From Schmidtea polychroa (taxonomy: Eukaryota), in the NCBI GenBank assembly GCA_044892525.1, contig CM097887.1, positions 27,528,001 to 27,592,000 of the forward strand: 64,000 nucleotides of DNA, read 5' to 3'. Below the pieces are notes generated by a model, which worked only from the letters and a program-made list of their open reading frames with translations, had not been told where the DNA came from and searched no databases. The position numbers and the translations under genes were made by a program. The stretch's first letter is position 1, and every line of letters starts with the position of its first letter. Positions 12,691 to 27,650 of this stretch are shown here, piece after piece.

Positions 12691-15600
12691 GTGATTAAAT
12701 GATGGTGATTAACTGTCGCGTGATTATGTGTCCGTATACCGTTAATACGAATGTTATTTATTGAGCGTAACTTGTAATTAAATAGAAAGATATAAAAATC
12801 TTCAGAATTAGAAAATTATAATTATATTCATTCATTGGCGTTTTTAAGAAATTATCTCATTTTTGGATATTGAAAATGGTATTTATTATAAGATCATTAT
12901 TATTTCATTAAAATTTCAATAAAATTCTAAAATGAAATATGAAATAATTTAAATATATATTATTAATTAACAGATTCAAAAGAACTACTTGGCTAAAGTG
13001 AATAAATTATGCATCATTTGATAAAGTAAAGTTGATTTTCATATAACGTTGCAATAATAATGTTATTGTTGCAGATTAAAAATAAAAGTTAGGGTAAAAT
13101 TTAATTTTAATACCATTTATCTCATCTTTTTTTCATATTTATTTTTCAATAACAGAAATAAATTATTCTGTATTTAATTATATAAGAATTATTATTATTA
13201 TTATTATATAAGAATACAGTTTATTCATTTATATTGTATCTAGATCTATATTCATTTAATTTTCAACTACAGATCAATGTTTACTTTTTAACACAAATTT
13301 TCGGCACCGGAATTTTTCAAGTGTTATTTAACAACAAGAAAGATAAATCAAAGAAGAATAAAATGGAACATGGTTTCAATTATTTAATAATTTATTTATT
13401 CAAATATACTTCGTTCCAAATCAATAACATTTTTATAACTTTTTATTAGTTACCCAATAGTTAAATGTAGTTATATAGTGTAAATGATTTTTATTCAAAT
13501 TGATTTAAATGCGAAAAGTATAAATAGTGAATGTGTAATCAAAAATTCTCATTGGCAAATTCTCAAATTTGTATAAACATTAGAATAGACAATGATCATT
13601 GTTAGGATAAAATGATAGATATTGACAAAAAATTAAAATAACACACAAGATGCTCAATGATACTTTGGAATATAAACGTTAAAAAGTTGTAATGCAACAA
13701 TATAGACTGTATTTTAAAGTATTAAAAAATAAGATATTATATGATATTCAGGTTAATGTGCTATTATTCGATTTTCAGCTACATAATTATAGTAGGAATT
13801 ATTGCTTGTTTTGCCATATCAATTGCATTATGATATTTGTTTTATTTGTTTGGAAATAAATTGCTTTGATGAAGAATTATTAAAAATCTTTCGTGATTTA
13901 AATATAAACAATTAATTTGGAATTAATTTTATTGAAATGGCCGATCCAACTCAATCTAGATTAGTACGGCCATCAAATCAAAGATTACTAGGCTATGATT
14001 ATAGTTAAGATTAATATCACAATGAAAGTGTTGCACGAATGATTCTTAAAAAAGTTAAATTTGATTTGCTAATATGAATGTATATATAAGAAATTTTAAA
14101 AATGGTGGAGTCGTATCTATTTTTGCTAAAAGAAAAAAATGAAAATTTCAAATGTTTTGGTCTTGTTTTACAAAAAACGTTTAGTTTTTTATAACGTTAT
14201 TAATTTGGTAGTAATTTCGAAAGCTGAAGAAACGGATTGAAGAATACATATTTGTAAATTCAAAAATTGATTTTGTAAAAAATTTTAAATTTATCATTTG
14301 GGAAAATCAGTATTTATCCGGAATGTAGCTTTGAACGGAAATCTCTGCTATTATTCAAAGTAATCTATTCAGTCAGTTTTTTAATTCGTGTAAATTCTAC
14401 AAATATATCACAACCATAGAATAACATCGACAACACAGTTCAAATCGAACCTTTATAAATTCAATTTGAATTCGACTCTACGATAGAACTGTGAATACGC
14501 AAGTGTTTATTATATTATATAGCCTCGATAAAACAGCTCAACAAAATTCTGATTAGTGAATTGGATAAGAAAATGGAACAAAGTAAAAGACAATGTAAAC
14601 ATTGATTATAAAAGAATAATATTAGAAAAAAACAATTAATTATATCTATTTTGTCGAGTCACCTATACATGAATATATTTATCATGTATAAAACTCAGAC
14701 TTGTAAACAAGTTTGATCATATAGAATTTATTGAATAGATGTTAATATTTATAATTAATTATTTAAAACTAAAATAATGTTTGTTTAATATAATTATACT
14801 TGATTAAATAGTTTAAAAACATTAATTCAAATATACATAATAATTAATTAGAGAAAGAGAAATAATTTAAATAGTGAAAATGGGGGACTGATTTCGAGTA
14901 GGTAAACCAGATAAAAGAAAAGAGAATTTAGATCAAAGTTCACAAAAGTTATTGAATAAATAAAAGAATTTTAGCGAATTTAAAATTGATTATATAATAC
15001 GACAATACTGAAATTATTGTCAAAGTAATTGAGGAAATAAAACTATTTTAGTTATTTGGCAAAAATGGATAAAAAGACGAAATAATTTGTAATATAAATT
15101 AAGAGATTATTGAGTATTCAATTTATCCAATCAATATACTGACTGATCGATTCTATAGATAAAAATAGTTATTGTTGGGTGAATTGTGATTTTGATATTA
15201 AAGTACATGTCAGAGCCGTATACATTGTTAATTTTAGATTATATATGCAACATATAAATCTTGAAAAAACAAAATATTCTAAATTAAATAGTTGAATGTA
15301 ATTTCAATAGATAATTGAAGTTTAAAAACGTCGCTAAATTTTAAATTACTCGACTATAAAAATTTATAATAATAAGTCTTTGTGCAAGGGGGATAGAGGA
15401 ACGTTGAAAACGAGTTTGGTAAATTTGAATCATGGATCTTTAGATTTCATAATAATATTCACAGGATATCAGTTAAGCCGACTGACTTTTGAAAATATTG
15501 ATTTTTGCATTATTTAAATGTCCGGGTTGGTTTGCCTGTGATTATCAAATCTATAACTACTACCTGACTCCGAGCGTGATTTAATCAACAACAATAACGA

Positions 15601-16449
15601 ATTCCAAACAATAACTTTATTGAATACCACAAATTGCTATAATAATTACAATAATATTACTCAATGCACATAAACGTAGAACTTTGGGAACACTTTAATT
15701 GTACTACAACTTAACTGTACTGACACCTGCCTTGAATTAGGACTTTTCTTCTTGTTAGTATGAATATTATTCCGTCTAAATATTCCGTCTTCTATAAAAG
15801 TCTCTAATTTTGCTTCTCTGATAAATTTTCTTCTGTCCTTTACAATTAGTGTTTTCCTTTTATACGTTAGCATTTCCTTACACTTATGGATAATCATCTT
15901 GTTTTCCAATATATTACTTTGAACATTCCTAACTCCAGCATTATCTCTGACATCTGTCAAGATATATCATTTTATTTAATTTTCTTGCCTTTTTATTTAT
16001 AATCTCGTTTAAACTCTTAAGATAAGGGATTTCCATTCCAAAATTGTTTGTTTTTGTATTCCTTATCTTCATTTGCACTTAATTAAAAACGACCTTATAA
16101 TGTTCAATTTTTCGATTTCATTGATTTTTTGCTATATCCTTTTCGTTTTACAATTTCTTTGCTTCATTCATTTTTTCCGAATTTGAGAGCATGACATCAT
16201 TTATTGTAGCCATTTTCCACCGATCATTTTTATTCATTTTGGAACACTTTTTTTATTTAGGTATCCTCGGTAAATATATATTCAATTTTCAATATTTAAT
16301 TTTGATTTACAGAATATATTTTTAACTGCTTTGAAATTATTGATATATAAATCGATTTGCATCGTTAAAATTTCATTCATAATTTTTAACTCAAATAAAC
16401 ACAATTTAAATCTTAATCATGAAAATATTTTATCAATAATAAATATAAG

Positions 16450-18346
16450 CTGGGATGCTACCCGAAATTACAAAACCCGCTACCCGATAGCAATTTCTTA
16501 CTCGACTATACCCGACCATATTAGAACAAATACGCGATACGGGTAAAAGGTTTATTTCTTTTTAAAACTTAAAAAAGAATTTATTTAGTATTCAAAAAGT
16601 CAATAATCTCATTATAAATTATAATAAATGGCGAAATTAATACACTTGTTTCAATGAAATAATAATAAATTCCATATATTTTTTTCTATCCATCCATCAT
16701 ATTTTATCGAGCTTTTATTAAAAATGGAAAGAACAAAACAAAATGATGAAGAAATCATTCCAACAATCACTCCAATGTCTAATTATTCACATTTTTGTTA
16801 TCAACAATGTTCTAGATGTTGCTATATGCAAAATGTGTTTTTCAAAACTTTCTTATAATCGAAAGAAAACAGAAACAAGCTGTCTTTTGAGACATTTAAA
16901 AAGCAAGCATCGGAAAGTTGCTGAAGCAAAAGAGCAGTGAGAATATTCAATATCTTCTAATCAACCTAGCATACTAAAATTCAATTTTCAAAATTCTTCT
17001 GAGAATACAATATCAACTATGTCTCCAATTGAAAGATGTGTAATAACTCTTTGTTCAAGTTGACACTACTTCCATTGCAATTTTTTGAGGATCCTTTAAT
17101 TTCAAAAGATTTCAATCTTCTAAAAATTTCAAGAGAGATCGTTAGAAGTGAAATTATTCGAATAGCTAGAGAGAAACGTGAATTTTTGTTTTCTCAAAAT
17201 AGAGGACAATGAATAAATTTAGCGTTAGATGAATGGAAAAACCCAGATTCAAATGACAAGCATCTATCTTTAATATTTTTCTTTTACGATCGACCATCAC
17301 AATTCCTGTGTTCTTCAAAAACTTCCAAATTCATGATTCAACCGCAGATACAATTTCAAATTGTGTTTTTGAAGCAATTCAATTTTTGAGTATGTATGAA
17401 ATTACAATTATTGCTATCGTGACTGATAATGCCAGAAATATGATAGCTGCTACTAATATTTTCAACTTGAATCCTACAATTCTTCCTTTACGTTGTGCAG
17501 CTCATATTTTAAACTTGATTATAAAAGATTCATTTAAAGAATTGAGTATTTTGCAAGAATTCATCAATAATGGAACGATATCAAGATACTGTGAAACACG
17601 TTGGAATAGTGCCTTTGATAAACTAATTGAACTTTTGAAATTAATTGAACAAAATTCAAATTATATTGAAGAATTGATTCACAAAATTCAAAATGCTATC
17701 ACCACGATACATTCAATTATTAATGCTCTAAATTTTGCTCAAAAAGATGGATCAAATTGGATTGAATTTCATAAAATATTTGAAGATGTGATTACACAGA
17801 TTCGTGAATCTGAAAGGAATTCATTGATGCAAATTATTGAAAAAAGAATTCCTTTAATTGCTAATCCTATTATTGAATTGATTCAATTTGTAAATCAAAA
17901 AAACCATTAAATGATAATGATAACTCAATTCTATCTAGATGGCTTAATTCATTTATTATTCCTGATTTTAATCAATATGCAGCTGATATTGAATTCAATC
18001 CTCATGCGAACATTCCTAAAAGATTGCAATTATTTTTGAATCATAAAATTCCTGGAATTTCTATAACTGAAGCAGCTGTTGAAAGATTTTTTAATGTTCT
18101 TAAACATGTTCATACTCCAATAAGAACTAATCTTTCATGAAATCTTGATGATATTTTATGTTTGAGATATAATCATAATTTAGTTCTTTTTGAAAATGAT
18201 CAAGATAACTTTGATACCATGCTCCCTTAGTTTGGTGAATAAAAAATGAATTTATTTGAATAATACCCGAATTCGGGTCCCGTTACCCTATAAAAATTAC
18301 CCGCTACCTGAATTAAATACCCGTACCCACTCGGGTAGCATCCCAG
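16450..18346 (+). mobile_element. Compact hAT (Ac-like) element, transposase decayed
   Basis: 16-bp TIR CTGGGATGCTACCCGA / TCGGGTAGCATCCCAG, TSD AATATAAG/AATATAAA, and repeated (T)ACCCG subterminal motifs. Protein motifs: BED finger (ICKMC...LRHLKSKH), LDEW, VTDNARNM, RCAAH, TRWNS, EAAVERFF. Confidence 0.92.
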
Positions 18347-21300
18347 AATATAAATATAAATTGAATAAGAATTTAAATATAAATTCTTATTTAACAAATA
18401 GTTTTAAAGAATTTAATAGTAAAAATTTTTTTAATAAACCAACTGTAAATAGCTTCCTAAATAATGCTAATATGCTTAAATTTAATGATAATGAAATTCT
18501 AGAAAAATTTGTTGAAAATAATAGGCTTGTTTGAACAAGCTGAACAAACCCTTATTTTCAAAAACCATGCAAAAATAATTTTATCACATTTTTATTTATT
18601 TTTAATAAACTTTCAATTTGAGATTAGTTCTACAAGCGGTAGCCAATGCCGTTAATTAATTTTCGTCATTTCAAAGTTACGTCGTTAAAATTTCAATTTG
18701 CATTGTTAAAATTTAATAATTTTTTAAGATATAAAATTTTAATTCAGGAAACTTTGGACAGATTTTTGATGAAATTACCACAGCAATCAAATCAGAAATG
18801 ACTATCGATATAGAATCTTTAAGTTCAGAATAAAAAAGGCATGCTATTTTAAAAATTATACTTTCTGTCAAATTAATTGAATTTTTGTTTTTAATTTATA
18901 ATTTTTTATGTTGTTTTATTTAATGTGAGGTCTTTGAGTTCAAAATGAATTAAAGGATTTAAAAAATTATCAAATGTAAAAATTATAATTTTTATGAATT
19001 TAGCGAACTTTTGTTTTAAATTAATAATTTTTAAAGTTTTTTTATTTGATGTACTGTTTTAATTTATGAATTAAAGTTTTTGTTGATATTCATAAACTTA
19101 TGATATAAAAACATGTTTTTATTAATAAAATTTGGTTTTTTCATGAAATTTAATACTAATTAATGTAAAACTGGTATAAACACATACGATAAATGATTTC
19201 GATTTGCATCATTAACGATGCAAATCGAGGTTTAGATGTATTGTAAATTATTGAAAATCATGCTAAAAATGTACAAGTTGGATTACAGAAGCATTTCTCT
19301 AAGAATCATTGGAGAAAATTTTAATTATCCTTTCTACAACACCTAAGAATTTGAAATAAAATTCCTTGTATAAGCCGCATGTTATTTTATAGTATAAGTA
19401 TAAAATATTATTTTTATTTATCCTTTATGAATATCTTGAACGTGTCATTCGCATTCTTCTAATAATCAAATAGACTGTTTAAATATTTCTTATCCTTTAA
19501 TCAATTTCCCTTTTTCAGTAAAAAAACTTAAAACTGGTTAATAAACATTGGTTTTTATAGGATATTAAACTGTCGTTATTACTCATTTACATTTATTGAG
19601 TATTGAATAATAGGGATTGAATCCAACAATACTTATTGTTTCGACCAGTCAGACTGGGGAAAGACTTCTACCTCTAACTGGCGGTGTGTGTATGGTTTTG
19701 TTTTTTTGTCGCTTCTGTGCGCGCGTTATTGTTAAACTGCTTGTCAAATTGATGTGCGCACACAAACGCGAGTAATTGGTACGCTTTATTTTGAATGTAA
19801 TGTAACTTAATTGATTTGTTGCTTTTGTAGATGAGAACGTTCTAGAAATTGTTTAAAAGAGGGTTAAGTTAAAGTTCCAATGCATTTTCTTTCTTCTGTT
19901 CACTCGAATCACTTATCTTAAACATCAAATAAATACGTTATTTTCAGATAAACTCAATCAAATATGATCCGAGTAAAATCTTATTCTGTGGCAATGAAAT
20001 TAGAGATTTTTTCATCGCGTTTCATTCAAAATAACAAAGAAAATATATGTAAAGCCGATTTTATTTATCGTTATCTATCATCGATTTCAACAGATATACT
20101 TTTAGGACGAATTCTACAAAGACCCGCTATGATGAATTTTTAAAATAAAATAATTATTAACGGTCACTAGCAAAAATGTACATGCAATCGACACTTTCGT
20201 AAAAAACAAAATAACTATGAGTTAAAAACTGTAGGTTTAAGGCTAATTGTTGAGGTCAACATACAACAAGAAGTATAAAAATCAAAAGTGCGTTCGTCTT
20301 TATCATTGTTTCGGTGATTTGTTCCCAACATAAAAAAAAATAATTCCATTTGGTAAGAATTGCTCATAAAATTATTATTTAAAAAATTATTAGTTATTTT
20401 TTATTTTACATTTTAAATTATTTTATTTGTTTTACATTTAATTGTGACTTCTAATGTATGCTTCTATTAATCATTGAAATTTTTGTTATGACTATATTAA
20501 ATAGCAATACTGCTACTAACTTTTCTGACTTTGTCTTAGTATTTATACATTAATGTTGTGTCGTTTTGATATGCGTGATATGCAATAAAAAATTGGAAAT
20601 TTAAATAACTTTTCTATTTTTTATCAATATTTAAGGCGACACCTGTACAAATAGGATATATGCTTTTCATTGACCATCTATGAACCCGCAGGAATGTTAG
20701 CTAATTATAATTCACCGTTTAAGTGCGAGAATGATCATTTTTTTTATGGAAGCAACTTGTTAACCCGTGATTTAAAAATAAATATTTTACTCTGTATGTA
20801 AATTTATTATTTTAAATGGACGTTTATAAAAGCATCGTTATTTTTGAATAAGTATATTCTGGTTCTATAAATGATGATTCAAAAGTAAATGACTATTCGA
20901 TTATGACTCATATTCTTTGTTTAAACGGACAGAACTTTTATTAACATACCTTTGTCTACAGATATGAATCATATCTTTAAATTTGTTCGCTAGCCACTAT
21001 GGAACACAATATTCTGTTATTTATAAAAATGTGTCAAATTGATTCCATTGTTCGATTTATAATAGAGTTATATAATTAATTAAATTTTATTTTGTAGATA
21101 TTAATTTTAAAGGGAAACCAGGCAATTTGTCGACAACACGAATATTATATAATAAATATTTAAAACTTAAAACAATCAGTGATTTAAAATCAAATCTGTA
21201 CTGAATGGTATTTATTGTGGTCGCCTTATTTTTCAAGATTGTGGATATACCATATATGGTTACTATATATCTAAATAAAAATTATTCTATAACTGTTATT

Positions 21301-22780
21301 GCTTATTATCATGTTCTTATTTTGAGTTTTATTTTGTTTATTTATCAGCATTTGCAAGTCAAGATTTATTGAAAGAATAAGAATAAAAATCAAATACAAA
21401 ATGTGCATAAAGAACCGGTTGAAGCAATTCACAGCGAGTTGACATGTTATTTTAACTTATATAACGTGGGGATTAAACAATACATAACGAGTTGATAGAA
21501 ATATCGAATTATCCGAAATCACACGACAATTATTAACATCATATCGACATTTGGTACAGATAGCAGTCAACGTACAAAGAGGTTAATACTGATTAAAATA
21601 GAACGCGTGAGACAAAGCTTTTTGATCATTATAAACTTTTGGTGAATTATTGATGATTATAACTTGAAATTTTGATAAATTTGTTTGGATTTAATATTAA
21701 GTTAATTGTTTTAATGATACTATAATAATTTCAATAATAATTATCGTGGATTTTTAATTCAGAATAGCTTTTAACCGCTTTGCAAATATTTCCCAAAAAA
21801 CCCATGTGGTACATAAAATAAAATAAAATAAAGTATTGACCAATATCCCGATAAGAAAATAGATCAATAGTGAAAAAGATAAAAGATTTTATTGATATTT
21901 TGAAAATTGTAAATAGTGTTTTAAATAACAATTTAAGTTGTTTTAATGTAGGTGAAATATTATTATCAAATATATTTAAGTTGAAATTAATTTTGAAATA
22001 CTTTACTATTTGTTTAAATGAAGTGGTTATTATAAATTTTTGTTTAAATGAATTTTTCATTCAAAATCATTTATTTTATTTCTTTTAAATTTTTTTTCTT
22101 AATTTTAAAAATAACTTTATTCAATTTTTATAAAACTGAAAACATTGTTCTTTGATTCAGAAAAAGAAAGCTTTAATAAACATAATAGGGTGTACTAAAA
22201 TACTTTAGAACATTGGGACATTAAAAAAATAATGATATTATATTGTTCTGTAGGTAAATATTGTTCCAAAACAAAGATTTTTTCTTTTGTCATCATACTT
22301 TTCACCTGAAAAAAAACCCTAACCCGCCAAATGGGCAGAATCAAGTAAGAAATATGAGAATATGATGTAAAAGTGAATGCCGCCATTTAATGGTTTGAAA
22401 TATTTTGTTATTGAAAGAGTAAAAATATTCATTTAAATTTTTATTATTACGAAAGTGACTTAAATTTAAAAAAGATTTTGAATAAATTTGATTGATTAAA
22501 AATTTGAAAATGCTTGGAAATAATTAGAACAACCAGTTACACCAAATTTAACATTAAATTCATTGCTTGATTCAAAGTTTGATTATAGAGCTTGATTGAA
22601 AACTTGTGGTATCAATTTTTATGCGATTGTAGGAGCTTTTTGGTGGAAATGCTTAATAAATGTATGGAAATAATTGAATTACCCCAATTACAGTATTGAT
22701 CAAAGTTTTAAATTTATTATTCAAGGTTATAAATTTTTTATTCAGATATAAATTTTTATGTTTAAAAAAATACCCTTATA

Positions 22781-23500
22781 ATGGAACGAAAAGACGTATT
22801 ACAGTAATTAATGAGATTCACAATTTAGTTATTAACTATGCAAATGAGCCTTCGGTTAAGGATATCGTTACTGTAGTTGGATCAGTTATAAATATGCTAA
22901 ACCAACAAAAATACGGGATTGGTTATGTTTCATCAACTCAAAATAGAAAAAAACTCAATCCTATCTGATCCAGAAAACATTTTGTTTAATGTTGTTGCAT
23001 GTAACATCGAACTTTTACAGTCAGAAATGGCTTTCGTGTTAGTAGAGAAAACAAGTGTTATTATGTCACAGCCAACTGAAATTTACCAGAAAACGTCTCT
23101 TTCTTGTGTCGGCGGTGCGTAATTCACCTGACAAATTAGACAAAAGAAAAAAAATTGTTAGATTACCATCAGAAAAATTAATTTTTTTTGACGAATCTGG
23201 ATTTAAAAATCACTGCCGGCGCCGTTATAAGTACAGTTATGTTAATGAGAAAGCGTATATTACAGTACCTAATAATCGTAATATTAATAAATGCTTGATT
23301 TGCGCTATTAACATTAATGATCCCGTTGCATTCGAGTACAGACCAGGTGCTTATAATGCAGGATTGCTTACGTCTTTTATTGACAGTAAGTTGGCACCCT
23401 ATTTTGCTATGCATCCTGATCATACATTGATTATGGATAACGTGCCTTTCCATAGGTCCAGGGTTGTTGTTAAAGCCTTGAGTAGGCATAGAATAAGTAG
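22781..23500 (+). pseudogene. Tc1/IS630-type transposase remnant, frameshifted and truncated by a downstream element
   Basis: LIFFDESGF (D1) and LIMDNVPFH (D2) are present. The E motif is missing because unrelated sequence begins at about 23503. Similar to the intact transposase at 29590-30615. Confidence 0.85.
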
Positions 23501-23502
23501 AA

Positions 23503-24670
23503 GAAAGTGTGATCCACGGCTGATTGCATACACCTCCCCTTTGACTCATCAAGGTCAAATAACTCGTCGGGGTGCCTCATAGGATGTCTCATCGATGACT
23601 CATTTCAAATTTAAATTTCCAAAGATCAAATAAGGTAAAACTTTATAATATATATCATTCGAAAGGTCTTGAAGAGGTCTATCCAATGATCCTACCCTCG
23701 TAGGTGTATGGTGGGTTCTCAGCCTTCAAAGGGTCTATTTTTTAAACAAAGACAATGACTTCTTTTTTGGCCAACTAAAAATTATTGCATCCGATAACAT
23801 AGGTATGTCGCAACAGAACAACAATAAAACATAATTTCATAATAATAATAATAATAAACTTGAGACAAAATAATAAAACAACAAAACATTTTTTAATAGA
23901 GTATTATTTTCAAAGTTATTTTCAAAATTATTTTCAAATTTCTTATTATTATTTTATTTTCGAAGTTTCATTATTATTTACTTAAATATTCATAGAAGTT
24001 AATTTCTTCATTAACTTTACGATTTTCATCATTTGCATAAATATTTTCAATATTTTCAGGAACATTTTCATCAAATTTTATTATTATTATTATTAATAGA
24101 TGGTGAATCGATAAGGAACAATGTAACAAACAGATGTTTTGAACCGAGATAGCACCATAGATTCATTATTAATTTTCCAGTCACGAAAATAGTTTGGGGG
24201 TAGAAACCAGAGATTCATTATTAATTTGCCAGTGACGAAAATAGTTTGCTTGAAATTTTCTTGCCTTGAGATAATTTTCAAATTATCATAATTTTGAAAT
24301 TGATGTTCGAGGAAGCTTATATATTATTTTATTATTATTTATTATTTAAGATAATGTTTAAATAATCAGTGATGATGATTCAATTAACTTTTTTTTTAAT
24401 TTTATTTAAAAATTAATTGAAATTTTAGGTGATTGTGAGATTAAAGAAGAATATTTTATAATTAGTGATGATGATTCAAGTAATTTTTTATTTTATTTTA
24501 TTTTATTTAAAGAATATTTTATAAAGAACATTTTAATGAGAACGAACAATCGGCCCTATTTAGGGTCATAATTATGATTGTGATTTTTATTATAAAGAAT
24601 GTTTTGTGAGTCATCCTGATATGTGATGAGTCATGAAGCACACCTCCTTCTACTTAAGTAAAGAATACTT
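23503..24670 (+). mobile_element. End of an unclassified DNA transposon family with clustered TGA(C/G)TCA motifs (copy 1)
   Basis: Shares GGCT..CACACC.CCCC, ACTCGTCGG, ATGACTCATTTCAAA and TGAGTCATGAAGCACAC...TTCTACT with 58581-58770. Confidence 0.5.
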
Positions 24671-25485
24671 TTTTTGACTATGGTTAAATCAAAGTTCAGA
24701 GCCATGAAAGCATCCAATAATAAAATAACTGTCAACGAAGCTTTATCTAATATTTTATCTGGGAATAATATATATGTTGAGCAGTGCAATGGGTTTTGGA
24801 GATCCATGTGAATTTGGCTAGAAAAAGCATTGAGAATAGCCTTTTATTTAATTAAAGAAATATAGATATATTTATTTTTTATTATATAATATCTTATATA
24901 ACACGATTTCGTCGGGAGTCTCTCGTTAGGAAAGTATATTTCCCGACTTCCGATATATATTATAACAGATGTACAGAATATTTTGTTTTTCACTAATTTA
25001 TTCTTTTTGGTTATTTTTTTGATTGAATTTTTCTTATTTGTGAAATAGTATTTTTTCTTTAATTTATGTATAAAAAATATAAATTAAGAAGATAATAGTC
25101 AAATTTTGTTTTCGTTATTTTCGATGTTTTCAAAATCTGGCAACCCTAGATAATTCATATGTATCTTAAAACAGAATTAAATCAAAATTAGCAAGGGATT
25201 TAAACCATTCTAGTGAGGATCAAGTTTGATACAAAAAGACGAAATCGAATAACCAATAAGAACACTTGGGAATACCCGTAAATGCTTCGTAATAAATTTT
25301 GTAGTTAGGTTAATTAATTATAATATCCTAACGTTTTCCAGTATTGCACGTGTATACCATAGACTCAGAAAATGCAAATACAAAATCCAATCGTATGTCA
25401 GTATTTGTTCCTGGGCCACAAAAATTGTAACCAGGCATGTGAAATTCACCCTTATAAATACGAGCCATTATAGTCTAGAATTATT

Positions 25486-26577
25486 ATGTCTGAAGAAATA
25501 TTAAATAAATTTATAAGTGATATTAATCCAAATAGAAGTTTTCCAACTTATCAATTACCAAGTTATTTTTACAATAAAGAAGGAGTAAATACAGCATATA
25601 TTAAAATCGATAGTGACGTGTTTAAGTGTTATAAACAATTCTATAACACACATCATCCATTCACTCGCTACGTTGTCGGACAGGAAGAAGAAGGTGATAG
25701 CGGATATAACCATATCCAAATGTATTGGGAGGTAAATACACCATGCATTCAAATTAAGTTACTAATGGAATGATGATGTATTTTCAGATTTACAACAATA
25801 TGTCTGTTTATGCCTTTAGGACAAAGACTCTTATTCCATTTGTCCGAGGTGTCCCCGGGACTGAGAGAGCGGCCGCAATCGCATACGCAACTAAGGTCGA
25901 TACAAGAGTCGCTGGAGGAATCTCAGTAAATATTGGCAAACCAAGTAAATATATGGCTCCTAATTCTGTAGACCATTTTAAAGCTGCTTTACATGCTCCT
26001 ACAATGAAAGATTCCCTTGATATATTAATGAAACATGAAGCATTTCATTATACAACTAAAAGAAAAACAATCATAGAAACATTTGTTAATAAATTTGGCT
26101 TACCAACTACACCAAACTTCGCAGATAATTTTTTAATTGAAAAAATAAATGTTTATGATTGGAAATTTCACGTATTTGTCGATGAGTCAGGCATTTTATT
26201 ATTATTTATTATTTGCTTTGTCACATTTTCAAAACCCAGTGCACTGCAAACATGTACAGATGTTAAATAGAGTTAATAGTGATGTGGAACAATGTGACGG
26301 AGTTGTATTTGATGATTTATATTTTAATAAATATAAAGTTGAAGAATTTCAGGCTTTAGTCGATTGTGCCTATGAAAATGTTATTAATATAAAGTATTCT
26401 GTTGCAGTTTTGCCTAAAGGTTTACCACGGATATTTAGTATAAATGATATTGATTTATTTTACCCCGAATCAATGACATCTAGTATTTTAGAAGCAGTTA
26501 AATGTAGAATAAAAATACATAATTTTCATGGACCTATATTTAAAAAATATAAATCTGAACAAGTATTATTTATATAA
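25486..26577 (+). pseudogene. CRESS-DNA-virus-type Rep (HUH endonuclease plus SF3 helicase), frameshifted
   Basis: Motif II region RYVVGQEEEGDSGYNHIQMY, motif III AYATKVDTRV, disrupted Walker A (VDESG...), ALSHFQNP, Walker B DGVVFDDL, motif C LPKGLPRIFSIN. TATAAATA lies about 30 nt upstream of the ATG. Confidence 0.85.
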
Positions 26578-26735
26578 TTTATTAATTAATTATATGTTTT
26601 AGACAATGACGCACCCCTATCTGAAGACGAATTAGTTGCAGTTAGACCAAAAAGTTCATGTCGTTTTATGAGTGTTCAATGTAATAATTGTAATAAGCCT
26701 GTACGCTTATACATAGGTGTTTGTAAAACCGATTT

Positions 26736-27650
26736 TTAATAAATGTTAGAATGTTTTATTTTATCAAAAAAATCATACTTTACATCATTTAATACATTAT
26801 AATCACTAAAAACATCTAAATTACTTCTAAATTCATAAGCTTTTTCAACAACAATATATAAACTTCGATTCTTCAAGGCCTGTTCGTGTTCACTAGCATA
26901 TTTCCAAATAGGATGATTATTCGAAATAATACATGGGCAATAAGATGAAGAAGCTTTAGACTCACCTTTACGAGAAACACGCAAAAATATATTACCTTCG
27001 CTCACAAGTTTAAGTAAGTTATCATTTTTAAAATCACAATATATTTCTTCACCAATAATTATTTCTTTACCAACACAATCATCAAAACAAAATTCACTTT
27101 GAGTTTGAGCACCAGTAAAAAATCCATGATTCAATTTTCCACAACAAATAGCAGTAAATAATGTTTTGCCACCATTGCTAGCACCTTCTAGAATAATTGT
27201 CTTTGTCTTTCCGGCTTTAGAACCCAATATTGTAAATATCCCAATAAGACGACGAATGTATTCTTTATTTTCAGGAGTGGGGGGTCGCGGGGGGGCCTGT
27301 AACATGGGTTCCTTCTGCAAACATTATGGCAATAATATTTTATTTAAAATTTTAATGCATTTGTAAGATATTAAATTACAATTTTTTTGTTACACATTGC
27401 GTAGCGTTTTTATTTGTAATTTTGCATTATTTATAATTCTCAGTAATTTTAATGAAATATCGAAAAAGATAATGTTGTGAAACAATTACAATAAAAATGT
27501 AAGTGAAATCCAAATATCATTTCACGTGAAAAATACATGAAAACTACTGCATCGTTTATACATTGCGCATCATTTTTGCAGAACCGATTATGGACACAAA
27601 ATGAGTTTTTGATGGATTTACAGAGGAATGTTTTTATATTTTTGGTTAAT
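26736..27650 (-). pseudogene. Parvovirus-NS1/papillomavirus-E1-type SF3 helicase with an upstream HUH-like motif
   Basis: Open frame 26736-27320 has Walker A (ILEGASNGGKT), Walker B (IIIGEE), motif C (CIISNN) and the Arg finger (LKNR). Broken upstream frames contain GFHLHFYCNC at about 27483-27511. Confidence 0.85.

Larger units (their letters stand above)
11493..12740 (+). mobile_element. Internally deleted MULE/Mutator element
   Basis: Imperfect TIRs GGTTTAGTGACACTTAGTCACGCGACATTTAATC and GATTAACTGTCGCGTGATTATGTGTCCGTATACC. 9-bp TSD ATTAATACG/GTTAATACG (8 of 9 match). Confidence 0.8.

Noticed and set aside
25132-25149. TCTGGCAACCCTA as a viral inverted repeat flanking Rep
   Set aside because: It is better explained as a hAT/MITE right end (TAGGGTTGCCAG), and there is no partner beyond the helicase.
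25381-25440. CCTGG...CCAGG stem upstream of Rep as a CRESS origin
   Set aside because: The stem is only 5 bp and the loop has no NANTATTAC nonanucleotide.
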